Assembly (NCBI GenBank): GCA_034530875.2
Contig: JAVRCJ020000055.1
Span: forward strand, 1 to 41,345
Origin: Nostoc sp. DedSLP01
GTDB taxonomy: Bacteria > Cyanobacteriota > Cyanobacteriia > Cyanobacteriales > Nostocaceae
DNA length: 41,345 nt
Reading direction: 5' to 3'
Under the pieces are notes generated by a model, which did no database searches, was not told the origin of the DNA, and worked only from the letters and a program-made list of their open reading frames with translations. This document shows, piece after piece, positions 10,905-20,304 of this stretch. Numbering within the stretch: the first letter of the stretch is position 1; every line of letters starts with the position of its first letter. Made by a program: the position numbers and the translations under genes.

Positions 10905-11873
10905 TTAGGAGCCGCGCTGAATCACCGCAAAAATTTCTTCTAAAATTTCTTGCGCTCCTTTGCCGCGTAACTCGTGTGCTAGTTGCGTGCCTAGTGCTTC
11001 GGCTTGGTTGGCTTCGCCGCTGACGCTACCTTTTACCAGCTTTTTGCCATCTATACTGGCGACGATGCCTGTTAAAGTTAATTGTGCGCCAGAAATTTCT
11101 GTATTTACACCGATAGGTACTTGACAGCCGCCCTCTAAATCGCGTAAAAAAGCTCTTTCAGCGAGACAGCGATCGCGTGTTTCGGGATGTACGATGGCTT
11201 TGAGTAAGGAGATTAATTCGGTATCATCGCTACGGCATTCGATTCCCAATGCGCCTTGGCCGACGGCGTGGAGAGAGATTTCTTGGGGTAAGATTTGATG
11301 AATGCGATCGCTCATATCCAATCTTCCTAACCCTGCGGCTGCCAAAATCAAGGCATCGTATTCACCCGCATCGAGTTTTGCCAACCGTGTAATTAAGTTT
11401 CCCCGCACATCCTTAAAAGTAAAGTGGGGAAAGCGATGGCGTAACTGTGCCAACCGCCGCAGCGAAGATGTGCCGATGACTGCACCCTCTGGCAGAGTTT
11501 CGATTTGTTTATCTTTATGCTTTTCATGCACCACTAAGGCATCGGCTGGGTTTTCCCGTTCGGTAATTGCTGCTAGGGTTAAGCCTTCTGGTAAGTTAGT
11601 CGGCAGATCCTTGAGGGAATGAACAGCAAAGTCAATCTCGCCGTTGAGCATTCCCACTTCGAGTTCTTTAGTAAAAAGTCCTTTATCCCCAATCTTGGCC
11701 AATGCTACATCCAAGATTTTGTCGCCTTGGGTAGACATAGTATGGACTTCAAAAGTGATATCTGGATAGGCTTTCTGTAGTTGCTCTTGTACCCAGTAGG
11801 TTTGAACTAGAGCAAGTTGGCTTTTGCGAGAACCGATACGAATCGTGCGCGGAGGAGAAACAACTGAAGTCAT
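10905..11873 (-). CDS. hemC: Hydroxymethylbilane synthase (porphobilinogen deaminase)
   Basis: [41 protein letters not shown]. Probable start is ATG at 11873 (MTSVV). Confidence 0.98.
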   Translation of the reverse strand: MTSVVSPPRTIRIGSRKSQLALVQTYWVQEQLQKAYPDITFEVHTMSTQGDKILDVALAKIGDKGLFTKELEVGMLNGEIDFAVHSLKDLPTNLPEGLTLAAITERENPADALVVHEKHKDKQIETLPEGAVIGTSSLRRLAQLRHRFPHFTFKDVRGNLITRLAKLDAGEYDALILAAAGLGRLDMSDRIHQILPQEISLHAVGQGALGIECRSDDTELISLLKAIVHPETRDRCLAERAFLRDLEGGCQVPIGVNTEISGAQLTLTGIVASIDGKKLVKGSVSGEANQAEALGTQLAHELRGKGAQEILEEIFAVIQRGS

Positions 11874-12530
11874 AAAACAATATATCAAACCAGGCGATAA
11901 ATTCACTCTCATCTAGACTACCGTAGTCGGTGACTCGTACCCATTTGGGATTTTAGATTTGGGATGAAGGATTACAATTCTTTACTTTTTAACTCATCCC
12001 CCAGCTTGAAGCCGGGGGATTTCGAGTCATTAGTAGCTATACTTAATTTCTCGTGTTTAGTAATACTAATAACTAATGACCACTGACTAATGACTAAATT
12101 GTTATCTCGGCTCAATGCCAATATGGTTTTGTTTCTTTATATATATCCCACTTGTAAATATTAATTTCTGTAACCTAACTATATGCAACAATAGCTATTT
12201 ATTGACAAAAGTAATAAATGATACTTAAATTTGCAAGTAAAAATAAAGTTAAATGCAATCTGTGCAGCTTCTACTAATTAAAACAACGGCTAGCTTTTGC
12301 CAATAAATAAGTTAAATATAGGAAGTATTAGCAATATTTCGCTAAGAATGATAGTAAACAGCAAATATCATCCTTTTACTTTTAATTGAAACTTCTAAGA
12401 TAATAATTTATAGCAGAGTTAGACTTAAAGAAAGCTTTGGCATAAGTAAACAAAAAGTAATATTAATTACTTAAGTACAGGCTTTAATTACTTTTTTTGA
12501 ATACGTAATATTATTGACATTTTTTTCCTC

Positions 12531-14315
12531 ATGTTTGATAAAATTTTACATAATATCAATAAAATATCTGTCGATTTATTCTGTCAACTTTTAGGACAGC
12601 CTAGTATTAGCGAATTAAAAGCTCAATTATCCGAGAAAAACCTGCAACTTCAGCAATTAGAAGAGCAAGAAAGGGCGCTTTTTCGAGTTATTAGCAAAAT
12701 TCGAGCTTCTTTGGAGTTAGAAACAATTTTTCGTACAGCTACTAAAGAAACTTGCAAGTTACTCCGCATCGAGCGAATTGCTGTCTATCGTTTCCATGAA
12801 AACTGGGGTGGAGAATTTGTCAGCGACTTTGAGTTTGCAGAGCCAGGATGGGATGATATTGAGACATTAGGAAAAAATACGGTTTGGAATGATTCTTATC
12901 TCCAAGAACACCAAGGTGGACGTTATCGTAATAACGAAACTTTAGTTGTTTCAGATATCTACTCAGCTGGCTTGTCTCAATGCCATTTAGATATTTTAGA
13001 ACAATTTCATATTCGAGCTTATGCAACTGCACCGATTTTTGTGGGAAAAAAACTCTGGGGAGTATTAGCTGCCTATCAGCATTCACAGCCACATGAATGG
13101 AAAAAAATAGAAATACAGTTTCTATCTCAGATTGCAATGCAGTTAGGGTTTGTAGTCAAACAAGCAGAATTGTTAGCTCAAGCAGAACAAAAAGCAGCAG
13201 AACTGCATAAAGCAAATCAGCAACAAGAGATTTTGTTTGCATTAGTTGCTGAAATTCGTGAATCTCTGAATATAGAAACTTTGTTTAAGACAACTGTACG
13301 AGAAATTCGTAAAGCTCTGCGCGTGGATCGCGTGGCTATCTTTCGATTTGATGCTGAATCGAATTATAATTTTGGTGAATTTGTCTCAGAAAACGTATTG
13401 CCAGACTTCGATTCTGTGACTTCGATGAAAGTGGTGGATCGTTGTTTTGGTGAAAAATATGCAGCTGCTTATCACCAAGGACGGATACAAGTATTATCAG
13501 ATATTTATCACGCTGGACTCAAATATTGCCACTTGGAATTATTAGAGCAATTTCAAATTAAAGCACAAATTATTGTACCGTTAATGAAAGGAAAAACTCT
13601 GTGGGGATTGCTATGCGTTCATCAGTGTTGTTGTTCCCGCGAGTGGAAAACATCAGAAATTCAATTTATCCGCCAATTAGCAGCTCAGTTTAATGTCGCT
13701 TTAGAACATTCAGAACTATTAGAACAATCGCGCTCTCAAGCTAATCAATTGGCTCAAGCTAATCAGGCTTTAGAATTGGCAAATTCTAAGTTAGAAAAAC
13801 TTAGTAAACTAGATGCTTTAACCAAAATTGCTAACCGTCGTTGTTTTGATGAATTTTTAGAACAAGAATGGAATCGACTACAACGAACTGGGAATTGTTT
13901 ATCTTTAATTCTATTTGATATTGACAATTTCAAAGATTATAATGACTGCTATGGGCATCTAGCAGGAGATGAATGCTTAATACAAGTTGCTCGTACCGCA
14001 AAATCTGTATTAAAGCGTCCAACAGATCTACTAGCTCGTTATGGTGGTGAAGAATTTATTGTGCTTCTCCCAAATACAAATGAATCAGGTGCAATTAAAG
14101 TCACTAAGTTGATTCATAAATCAATTGAAGAATTAAAAATTTCTCATCCGAAAAAGGATAGCTTGCAAAATTTTGTAACTATTAGTTTAGGCGTTGCAAC
14201 TCAAATACCAACAGTTAAAAATTCTGCTCAAGAATTAATTGATGCAGCCGATAAAGCTTTATATAAAGCCAAAGAACAAGGACGAAATCGGTGGATTTGT
14301 GCTGCAAAAATTTAA
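12531..14315 (+). CDS. Cyanobacteriochrome diguanylate cyclase (GAF-GAF-GGDEF)
   Basis: GAF1 WNDSYLQE...QCHL, GAF2 DRCF...YCHL, GGDEF domain D-x-D-x-F-K and RYGGEEF with RPTD I-site. Confidence 0.92.
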   Translation: MFDKILHNINKISVDLFCQLLGQPSISELKAQLSEKNLQLQQLEEQERALFRVISKIRASLELETIFRTATKETCKLLRIERIAVYRFHENWGGEFVSDFEFAEPGWDDIETLGKNTVWNDSYLQEHQGGRYRNNETLVVSDIYSAGLSQCHLDILEQFHIRAYATAPIFVGKKLWGVLAAYQHSQPHEWKKIEIQFLSQIAMQLGFVVKQAELLAQAEQKAAELHKANQQQEILFALVAEIRESLNIETLFKTTVREIRKALRVDRVAIFRFDAESNYNFGEFVSENVLPDFDSVTSMKVVDRCFGEKYAAAYHQGRIQVLSDIYHAGLKYCHLELLEQFQIKAQIIVPLMKGKTLWGLLCVHQCCCSREWKTSEIQFIRQLAAQFNVALEHSELLEQSRSQANQLAQANQALELANSKLEKLSKLDALTKIANRRCFDEFLEQEWNRLQRTGNCLSLILFDIDNFKDYNDCYGHLAGDECLIQVARTAKSVLKRPTDLLARYGGEEFIVLLPNTNESGAIKVTKLIHKSIEELKISHPKKDSLQNFVTISLGVATQIPTVKNSAQELIDAADKALYKAKEQGRNRWICAAKI

Positions 14316-14510
14316 GCTCAGGAGCTTTATGACCTCATCTAAGACTAAAGCTGATTGACCGTCAAAGTTTATCTGCTTTTTTTATCTAAGTATATCTTGA
14401 TAAAAATTAATATAATTCTTTCCTGAGTGCATCCTACATTTAATTGCCGAATTTTCCTAGCAAATTTTAATCAAAAATTCAGCCTCGTTTCCGGTAAAAA
14501 GGTGATACTC

Positions 14511-14896
14511 CAATACAGTTCAGTTAAGGAAATTTATCTCGCTTCGCGAGGGAGGCCTACCGTGTACACGCATCTGTGTAGGAAACCAAAATCCTCGTAG
14601 ATCCGTCATTATCCTCCTTAAAAAGGAGGACTTTGAGAGATTTTTGCCCCCTTTCTAAGGGGGGTTGGGGGGATCTAAAGTCTGCGGTGCAACTCTAAAA
14701 GACTTGTGTGTACACCTACGCAAGGAAGGCAGAGGGCAGGAGGCAGGAGGTTAATAGCTAGTTGAGTAGCCTTATTGACTCCCTCGCATTTGGGTACAAG
14801 ACCCCCCATCACAATCTCTGATTTCCTCCTGCCTCCTGCCTCCTTCAACTGTTAAGGGAAGCATGGGAAGAAAAAAGGCTTAACCCAAGCGTATTG
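14511..14896. mobile_element. MITE with IS4-like terminal inverted repeats and ~10-bp target duplication, containing nested repeat elements
   Basis: Ends CAATACAGTTCAGTTAAG / CTTAACCCAAGCGTATTG, flanked by GGTGATACTC (14501-14510) and GGTGATACTT (14897-14906). Confidence 0.75.
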
Positions 14897-14954
14897 GGTG
14901 ATACTTCATATAGAAAATTGATTAAAGTGCAGATATGCATGGAGGGATGGGATT

Positions 14955-17657
14955 ATGACTACTCAAGAAGAGATCAGATTAGCACAAAGCTTGGAACGCG
15001 TAGCTCATTGGCAAAGATGGGGGCCGTATTTGAGCGATCGCCAATGGGGAACGGTACGCGAAGATTACAGTCATGATGGTACTGCTTGGGACTATTTTAC
15101 CCACGACCAAGCCCGTTCTCGTGCCTACCGTTGGGGGGAAGATGGGATTGCTGGTATTTCTGATAATCATCAACGGCTTTGTTTTGCGATCGCTCTTTGG
15201 AACGGCGAAGACGCTATTCTCAAAGAAAGATTCTTCGGCCTAACTGGTAGTCAAGGGAATCATGGTGAAGATGTCAAAGAATATTACTTTTATTTAGACA
15301 ATACTCCCACCCATTCCTATATGAAAATGCTGTATAAATATCCGCAAGCAGCATTTCCCTACTCGCAATTAGTTGCTGAAAATCAACGCCGCAGTCGCCG
15401 AGAATTAGAATTTGAACTACTAGATACAGGTGTATTTGATGATAATCGCTACTTTGATGTTTTTGTAGAATATGCTAAAAACTCTGCGGAAGATATTCTT
15501 ATTCAAATTAAAGTAGTTAACCGAGGATCTCAAACAAAGACACTGCACTTATTACCTACTCTTTGGTTTCGCAATACTTGGTCTTGGAATGGAGATGCTA
15601 AAAAACCTAGTTTAAAAGAGGTCAAATTAAGCGATGGCTGCAATACGATTGAGGCATCTCATGAAACTTTAGGAAAAAGGTGGCTTTATTGTCAAGAAGG
15701 AGGAGAAGTATTATTTACAGAAAATGAGACAAATTGCCAGCGATTATTTGGTGATGCCAATCCTTCTGATTATGTAAAAGATGGCATTAATGACTATATT
15801 GTACAAGGAATAAAAGAAGCTGTTAATCCAGAAAAAATCGGTACTAAAGCATCTGCTAATTATATATTAACAGTTGGTGCAGGCGAAACTAAAATTGTGA
15901 AATTGCGACTTAGCGATACAGCAAATTTAGTTAAGCCGCTAGGCAAAGAATTTGATGCCATATTTTGGACGCGACAACAAGAAGCAGACGAATTTTATCA
16001 GCGCATTACCCCACATTCCCTGAGTGAAGATATGCACAATGTGCAGCGTCAAGCATTTGCTGGAATGTTGTGGAGCAAGCAATTTTATCATTACATTGTA
16101 GAGAATTGGCTCAAAGGCGATCGCAACACGCCACCGCCACCGCCAGAACGTCAAAATGGCAGAAATCAAGAGTGGTTTCATCTATATAATGAAGATATTC
16201 TTTCCATGCCTGATAAGTGGGAATATCCCTGGTTTGCTGCTTGGGATTTAGCATTCCATACTATTCCTTTGGCGATGCTCGATCCAGAGTTTGCTAAATA
16301 TCAATTGGATGTTTTAACGCGCGAATGGTATATGCATCCTAACGGGCAAATTCCTGCTTATGAGTGGAAATTTAGCGATGTTAATCCACCAGTTCATGCG
16401 TGGGCAACTTTGCAAATTTACCAGATTGAACAAAAAATTTATGGTCGAGCAGACCGACAATTTTTAGAAAGAGTATTTCAAAAGCTGATGCTCAATTTTA
16501 CCTGGTGGGTAAATCGAAAAGATGCTAAAGGTAACAATGTTTTCCAAGGTGGATTTCTCGGTTTAGATAATATTGGTGTATTTGACCGTAGCGCAGAACT
16601 GCCCACAGGCGGACATATAGACCAATCTGATGGTACGAGTTGGATGGGAATGTATTGTTTAAATATGTTGGCGATCGCGTTAGAATTAGCCAAGGAGAAT
16701 CCTGTTTATGAAGACATCGCCACCAAGTTCTTTGAGCATTTCCTATACATTGCTGATGCCATGAATAAAATTGGCGAAATGGAAGCTAGTTTATGGAATG
16801 AATCAGATGGTTTTTATTACGATGTACTGCATTTAAACGAACACCAGACTACCTTAAAAGTCAGGTCAATAGTAGGATTAATTCCTTTATTTGCCATTGA
16901 AACAATTGAACCAGAAACCTTAAAAATACTTCCTGGTTTCAAAAAGCGTTTGGAATGGTTTATCCGCAACCGTCCTGACTTACGACAAAATGTAGCTTGC
17001 ATGGAAACCAAAGGAATTGGTGCAAGGAGATTGCTGGCGATCGTTTCTAGAGATAAACTCAGAAGTATTCTGCAAAAAATGCTCGATGAAAGCGAGTTTT
17101 TAAGTGACTATGGTATTCGCGCACTTTCGAGATTTCACGCCGAACATCCTTATATTTTTGATGTTAACGGTTGTCAATTCCGTGTAGATTACGAACCTGC
17201 TGAATCTAGTAGTGGTTTATTTGGCGGTAATTCTAACTGGCGCGGCCCTATTTGGTTTCCTGTGAACTTCTTACTAATTGAATCTCTACATAAGTTTTAT
17301 TCTTACTTAGGAGATGATTTTAAGTTGGAATGTCCTACAGGTTCCGGTAAAATGATGACACTCAGTGAAGTTGCATCAGAATTATCTCAAAGATTAACTA
17401 GAATTTTCTTAAAAGATGTTTCTGGAAAACGACCAGTTTATGGTGCAGCGCAAAAATTTCAAACCGATCCGCATTGGCAGAATTTGATTTTGTTCTATGA
17501 GTATTTTCATGGTGATAACGGAGCCGGAATTGGAGCTAGCCACCAAACTGGATGGACAGGTTTAGTTGCTAAATTAATCCAGAATTGTGGCGAGTATAAA
17601 ACACAATATCGCGAGCCAAAATTTGAGGATGAGAAAAAAGCGATCGCTTTAGCATAG
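14955..17657 (+). CDS. GH63 / MGH1-like glycoside hydrolase (glucosidase)
   Basis: [67 protein letters not shown]. Confidence 0.92.
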   Translation: MTTQEEIRLAQSLERVAHWQRWGPYLSDRQWGTVREDYSHDGTAWDYFTHDQARSRAYRWGEDGIAGISDNHQRLCFAIALWNGEDAILKERFFGLTGSQGNHGEDVKEYYFYLDNTPTHSYMKMLYKYPQAAFPYSQLVAENQRRSRRELEFELLDTGVFDDNRYFDVFVEYAKNSAEDILIQIKVVNRGSQTKTLHLLPTLWFRNTWSWNGDAKKPSLKEVKLSDGCNTIEASHETLGKRWLYCQEGGEVLFTENETNCQRLFGDANPSDYVKDGINDYIVQGIKEAVNPEKIGTKASANYILTVGAGETKIVKLRLSDTANLVKPLGKEFDAIFWTRQQEADEFYQRITPHSLSEDMHNVQRQAFAGMLWSKQFYHYIVENWLKGDRNTPPPPPERQNGRNQEWFHLYNEDILSMPDKWEYPWFAAWDLAFHTIPLAMLDPEFAKYQLDVLTREWYMHPNGQIPAYEWKFSDVNPPVHAWATLQIYQIEQKIYGRADRQFLERVFQKLMLNFTWWVNRKDAKGNNVFQGGFLGLDNIGVFDRSAELPTGGHIDQSDGTSWMGMYCLNMLAIALELAKENPVYEDIATKFFEHFLYIADAMNKIGEMEASLWNESDGFYYDVLHLNEHQTTLKVRSIVGLIPLFAIETIEPETLKILPGFKKRLEWFIRNRPDLRQNVACMETKGIGARRLLAIVSRDKLRSILQKMLDESEFLSDYGIRALSRFHAEHPYIFDVNGCQFRVDYEPAESSSGLFGGNSNWRGPIWFPVNFLLIESLHKFYSYLGDDFKLECPTGSGKMMTLSEVASELSQRLTRIFLKDVSGKRPVYGAAQKFQTDPHWQNLILFYEYFHGDNGAGIGASHQTGWTGLVAKLIQNCGEYKTQYREPKFEDEKKAIALA

Positions 17658-17773
17658 AAACACGCTAACGATTGAAACAAATGTAGAGATGTTGCATTGC
17701 AACGTCTCTCATATTTCTGTGACAGATAAACGCTACAATCTATCGCAAAAGCAAAAAAAATAATTCAATCCTC

Positions 17774-18388
17774 ATGACAGCTGATTTAACATCTACAACT
17801 GAATTTATAACCGTAATATCCCAAGCGGCGGATGCATATCGAGGACAAAAAAATATACGTCCTAGCGCTGAAATATTAGTAAATGCCTTATTACAAGCAG
17901 AAAAAGCTGCCAAACAACAACGCCTCAACTATCCTTTTGAGTCTCTTTTGGGAAAATGGCGGCTTTGCTTTGCTACTGGAACTAAGAAAGTTAGAGAACG
18001 AGGAGGAATTGTATTAGGCAAGGGTTTATATGTGCCAAAATTTGTACCAATTCATATTTCTTTTAGTGCGAATTTAGAACAGGATTTAGGTAAAGGCGAA
18101 GTTGCTAATCAAGTTGAATTAACCCCTATTTTGTTAAAGCTTACCGGACCAGTGAAATACATCGGTAAGAAAAATTTATTAGCATCTGACTTTAACCAGA
18201 TGTTCATCAGTTTGTTTGGTCGTCTTGTTTACAACAAACAGATTCGCTCTGGTAAAGTCCAGTCCGAGGATTTCTATAGCCAGCCCATAGCTAAACTATC
18301 ATTTTTTGCCTTCTTTTTAGTTACAGAAGATTTCATTGCAGCTCGCGGACGTGGTGGAGGACTAGCGCTTTGGATTCGAGAAAGCTGA
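17774..18388 (+). CDS. Hypothetical protein, PAP/fibrillin-like
   Basis: LLGKWRLCFAT and terminal ARGRGGGLALW resemble the fibrillin/lipocalin-like pattern. Confidence 0.55.
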   Translation: MTADLTSTTEFITVISQAADAYRGQKNIRPSAEILVNALLQAEKAAKQQRLNYPFESLLGKWRLCFATGTKKVRERGGIVLGKGLYVPKFVPIHISFSANLEQDLGKGEVANQVELTPILLKLTGPVKYIGKKNLLASDFNQMFISLFGRLVYNKQIRSGKVQSEDFYSQPIAKLSFFAFFLVTEDFIAARGRGGGLALWIRES

Positions 18389-18427
18389 TAAAAAAAATTC
18401 AGAATTTAGAATACTTAGAAATCAAAT

Positions 18428-19396
18428 TTAAAGAATCTGCGAATGAGACTGACTCAAGATTTCTAAAAGCGATCGCTCTATAACTTCGCTCACAAATTTA
18501 TTGCCTTGCAAGTTCAGGTGAATGTGGTCGTGAAACAAACCTTTCGAGTCCGGATTGGAATTAAATATCGGTAAAAAGTCAATATAGTTAATTTGCTGCG
18601 CTTTAGTAAAATCACTTAAGCGCTGGCGTGCTTTAATTTCATAATCGCGGGGGCCTGGTTCGCCAATTTCTCGTAGTAAGGGAGTCATCACCAGCAAAAA
18701 TTTGCTGTTACTTTGGCGAGTTAGCGCTTGAATTTTACTTATCGCCTCCAGATTAATCCCGACACGATCGCCTGGTTCATTCTGCACTGCTTTTAGTTCT
18801 GGAATTGGCTTTTGCTTGGTTAGATAACGCTGCCAAACTTCCACTAATGCCAAGGGCGGTTTACTATCTGGATAATTGCGATCGCGTCCTACTGGTAAAG
18901 AAGTCGGAGCAGTAGCAAACAAGTCATCGGTATTAATTAGTAATATTATTACCTGCGAGTTGAAATTGCTAAACTTCTCTAAATAAGCTAATTCATTCCT
19001 CGGCCCCCAAGAATTAGCGGAAGCATTTAATACTTCTAAATCTAGATAATTACTGTTATTTAACGATGCAAAAGAACGCATCATCAAGCTAGATATTGTA
19101 TTCTCTCCATCTGTCCACCAACCACCATTGGCAATAGAATCGCCTAACAGCAGAATTCGCAGCGTGGAAGGCGCAAGCGTTTTGGCGATCGCACTACCCC
19201 GCATAGAATATTCGTTAATTTCAATACGATTCCCAAAACGACGGGTACGCTGGTTAGGAGCCAACAAATAACCAATTTGCTCGTCAGCAACGTAAACCAG
19301 AGGATTGCCAAACCCAAACAGCGATCGCAACCCTATCTCCAACACCACAAACAATCCCACAACTACCGCCAAAATTCCCAACAGCAATATTTTCAT
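18428..19396 (-). CDS. SGNH/GDSL hydrolase with N-terminal membrane anchor
   Basis: LLGDSI block I, NTDD block III, DHIH (DxxH) block V. Confidence 0.88.
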   Translation of the reverse strand: MKILLLGILAVVVGLFVVLEIGLRSLFGFGNPLVYVADEQIGYLLAPNQRTRRFGNRIEINEYSMRGSAIAKTLAPSTLRILLLGDSIANGGWWTDGENTISSLMMRSFASLNNSNYLDLEVLNASANSWGPRNELAYLEKFSNFNSQVIILLINTDDLFATAPTSLPVGRDRNYPDSKPPLALVEVWQRYLTKQKPIPELKAVQNEPGDRVGINLEAISKIQALTRQSNSKFLLVMTPLLREIGEPGPRDYEIKARQRLSDFTKAQQINYIDFLPIFNSNPDSKGLFHDHIHLNLQGNKFVSEVIERSLLEILSQSHSQIL

Positions 19397-19400
19397 TAAT

Positions 19401-19456
19401 TTAGTCCTTAGTCATTAGTCATTAGTCATTGGTTATTGGTCATTGGTCATTGGTTA
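19401..19456 (+). repeat. STRR-type heptamer tandem repeat, 8 units of TT(A/G)GT(C/T)A
   Basis: ttagtcc, ttagtca x3, ttggtta, ttggtca x2, ttggtta. Confidence 0.9.
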
Positions 19457-19458
19457 TT

Positions 19459-19638
19459 CCTCCCACACTTCCCACACCTCCCACACCTCCCACACCTCCC
19501 ACACTTCCCACACCTCCCACACCTCTCACACCTCCCACACCTCCCACACTTCCCACACCTCCCACACTTCCCACACCTCCCACACTTCCCACACCCCCCA
19601 CACCTCCCACACCCCCCACACCTCCCACACTTCCCACA
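19459..19638 (+). repeat. 9-bp tandem repeat C(C/T)TCCCACA x20
   Basis: 20 contiguous units with minor variants (cctctcaca, cccccaca-type). Confidence 0.95.
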
Positions 19639-19809
19639 CCCTGTATAAATCCCACTCCTCCCTCCAAAGAAGTAAGTAATTGTGGCGATGGAAAAGTTGC
19701 AAAGCTTAAACAAAATAGTATTGTTGCTTTAACGTTATTTGCCAATAGAAGGACTACAATCAAAACGGACAATTATCTGATGTCGTAAACAGAGGAGGAT
19801 TACAAAACT

Positions 19810-19950
19810 GTGTCCGACTTAAACCGAGGAATTATGAAGTTTGAGGGAGCTGATTCCCCAAAAGTAGTCACTATCTCTACCGTGTTGCTTCTGGGATCTA
19901 TCGCTGCTCTGATCGTCTGGGCGCTGCAAGCCGCATACGCGCTAAACTAA
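19810..19950 (+). CDS. ndhQ: NDH-1 (photosynthetic complex I) small subunit NdhQ, 46 aa, absent from the ORF track
   Basis: GTG start after GAGGAGG. MSDLNRGIMKFEGADSPKVVTISTVLLLGSIAALIVWALQAAYALN matches the NdhQ pattern DxNRGIMKFxGADSP + TM helix + AYA. Confidence 0.88.
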   Translation: MSDLNRGIMKFEGADSPKVVTISTVLLLGSIAALIVWALQAAYALN

Positions 19951-19969
19951 AACGATTATTAGCCTAGAA

Positions 19970-20009
19970 GGACACTGGCAAAAACGGTCTCCGTCTTCGC
20001 CATGTGTCC
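19970..20009 (+). terminator. Stem-loop downstream of ndhQ
   Basis: GGACAC/GTGTCC, TGGC/GCCA and ACGG/CCGT nested pairings; no U-tract. Confidence 0.45.
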
Positions 20010-20304
20010 GTCAAGCAGCTAATTCTTAAAGAAAAATACAGAATTCACCAATCCAGAATTCACAAGGTAAACAGGGTTGAAGGCTGGGTTTAAAAAATAT
20101 TTTATTTACTTGACAAACCTAAAATATCCTGTAATTTTAGAACTTTAAATTCCCCGTTCGCGTAGCGTTTCGCAGAGAAGGGGTTGACTCTGGAATTGTT
20201 TTTGCTCAAAGCGCCCTTAAAACCATCAAAAATTTCAGAAAAATTTTAGAGTTGAGATTTGAGATTTTAGATGGCACATTTAAATCTAAAATCCATAATC
20301 CAGA

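Noticed and set aside
19401..19638. Possible CRISPR array
   Set aside because: The 7- and 9-bp units are contiguous with no unique spacers, and there are no cas genes.
19429..19788. Five overlapping low-complexity ORFs (PTP, HLP, SHT, GGV, CGR repeats)
   Set aside because: These are by-products of the stop-free 9-bp tandem repeat, which is open in nearly all frames.
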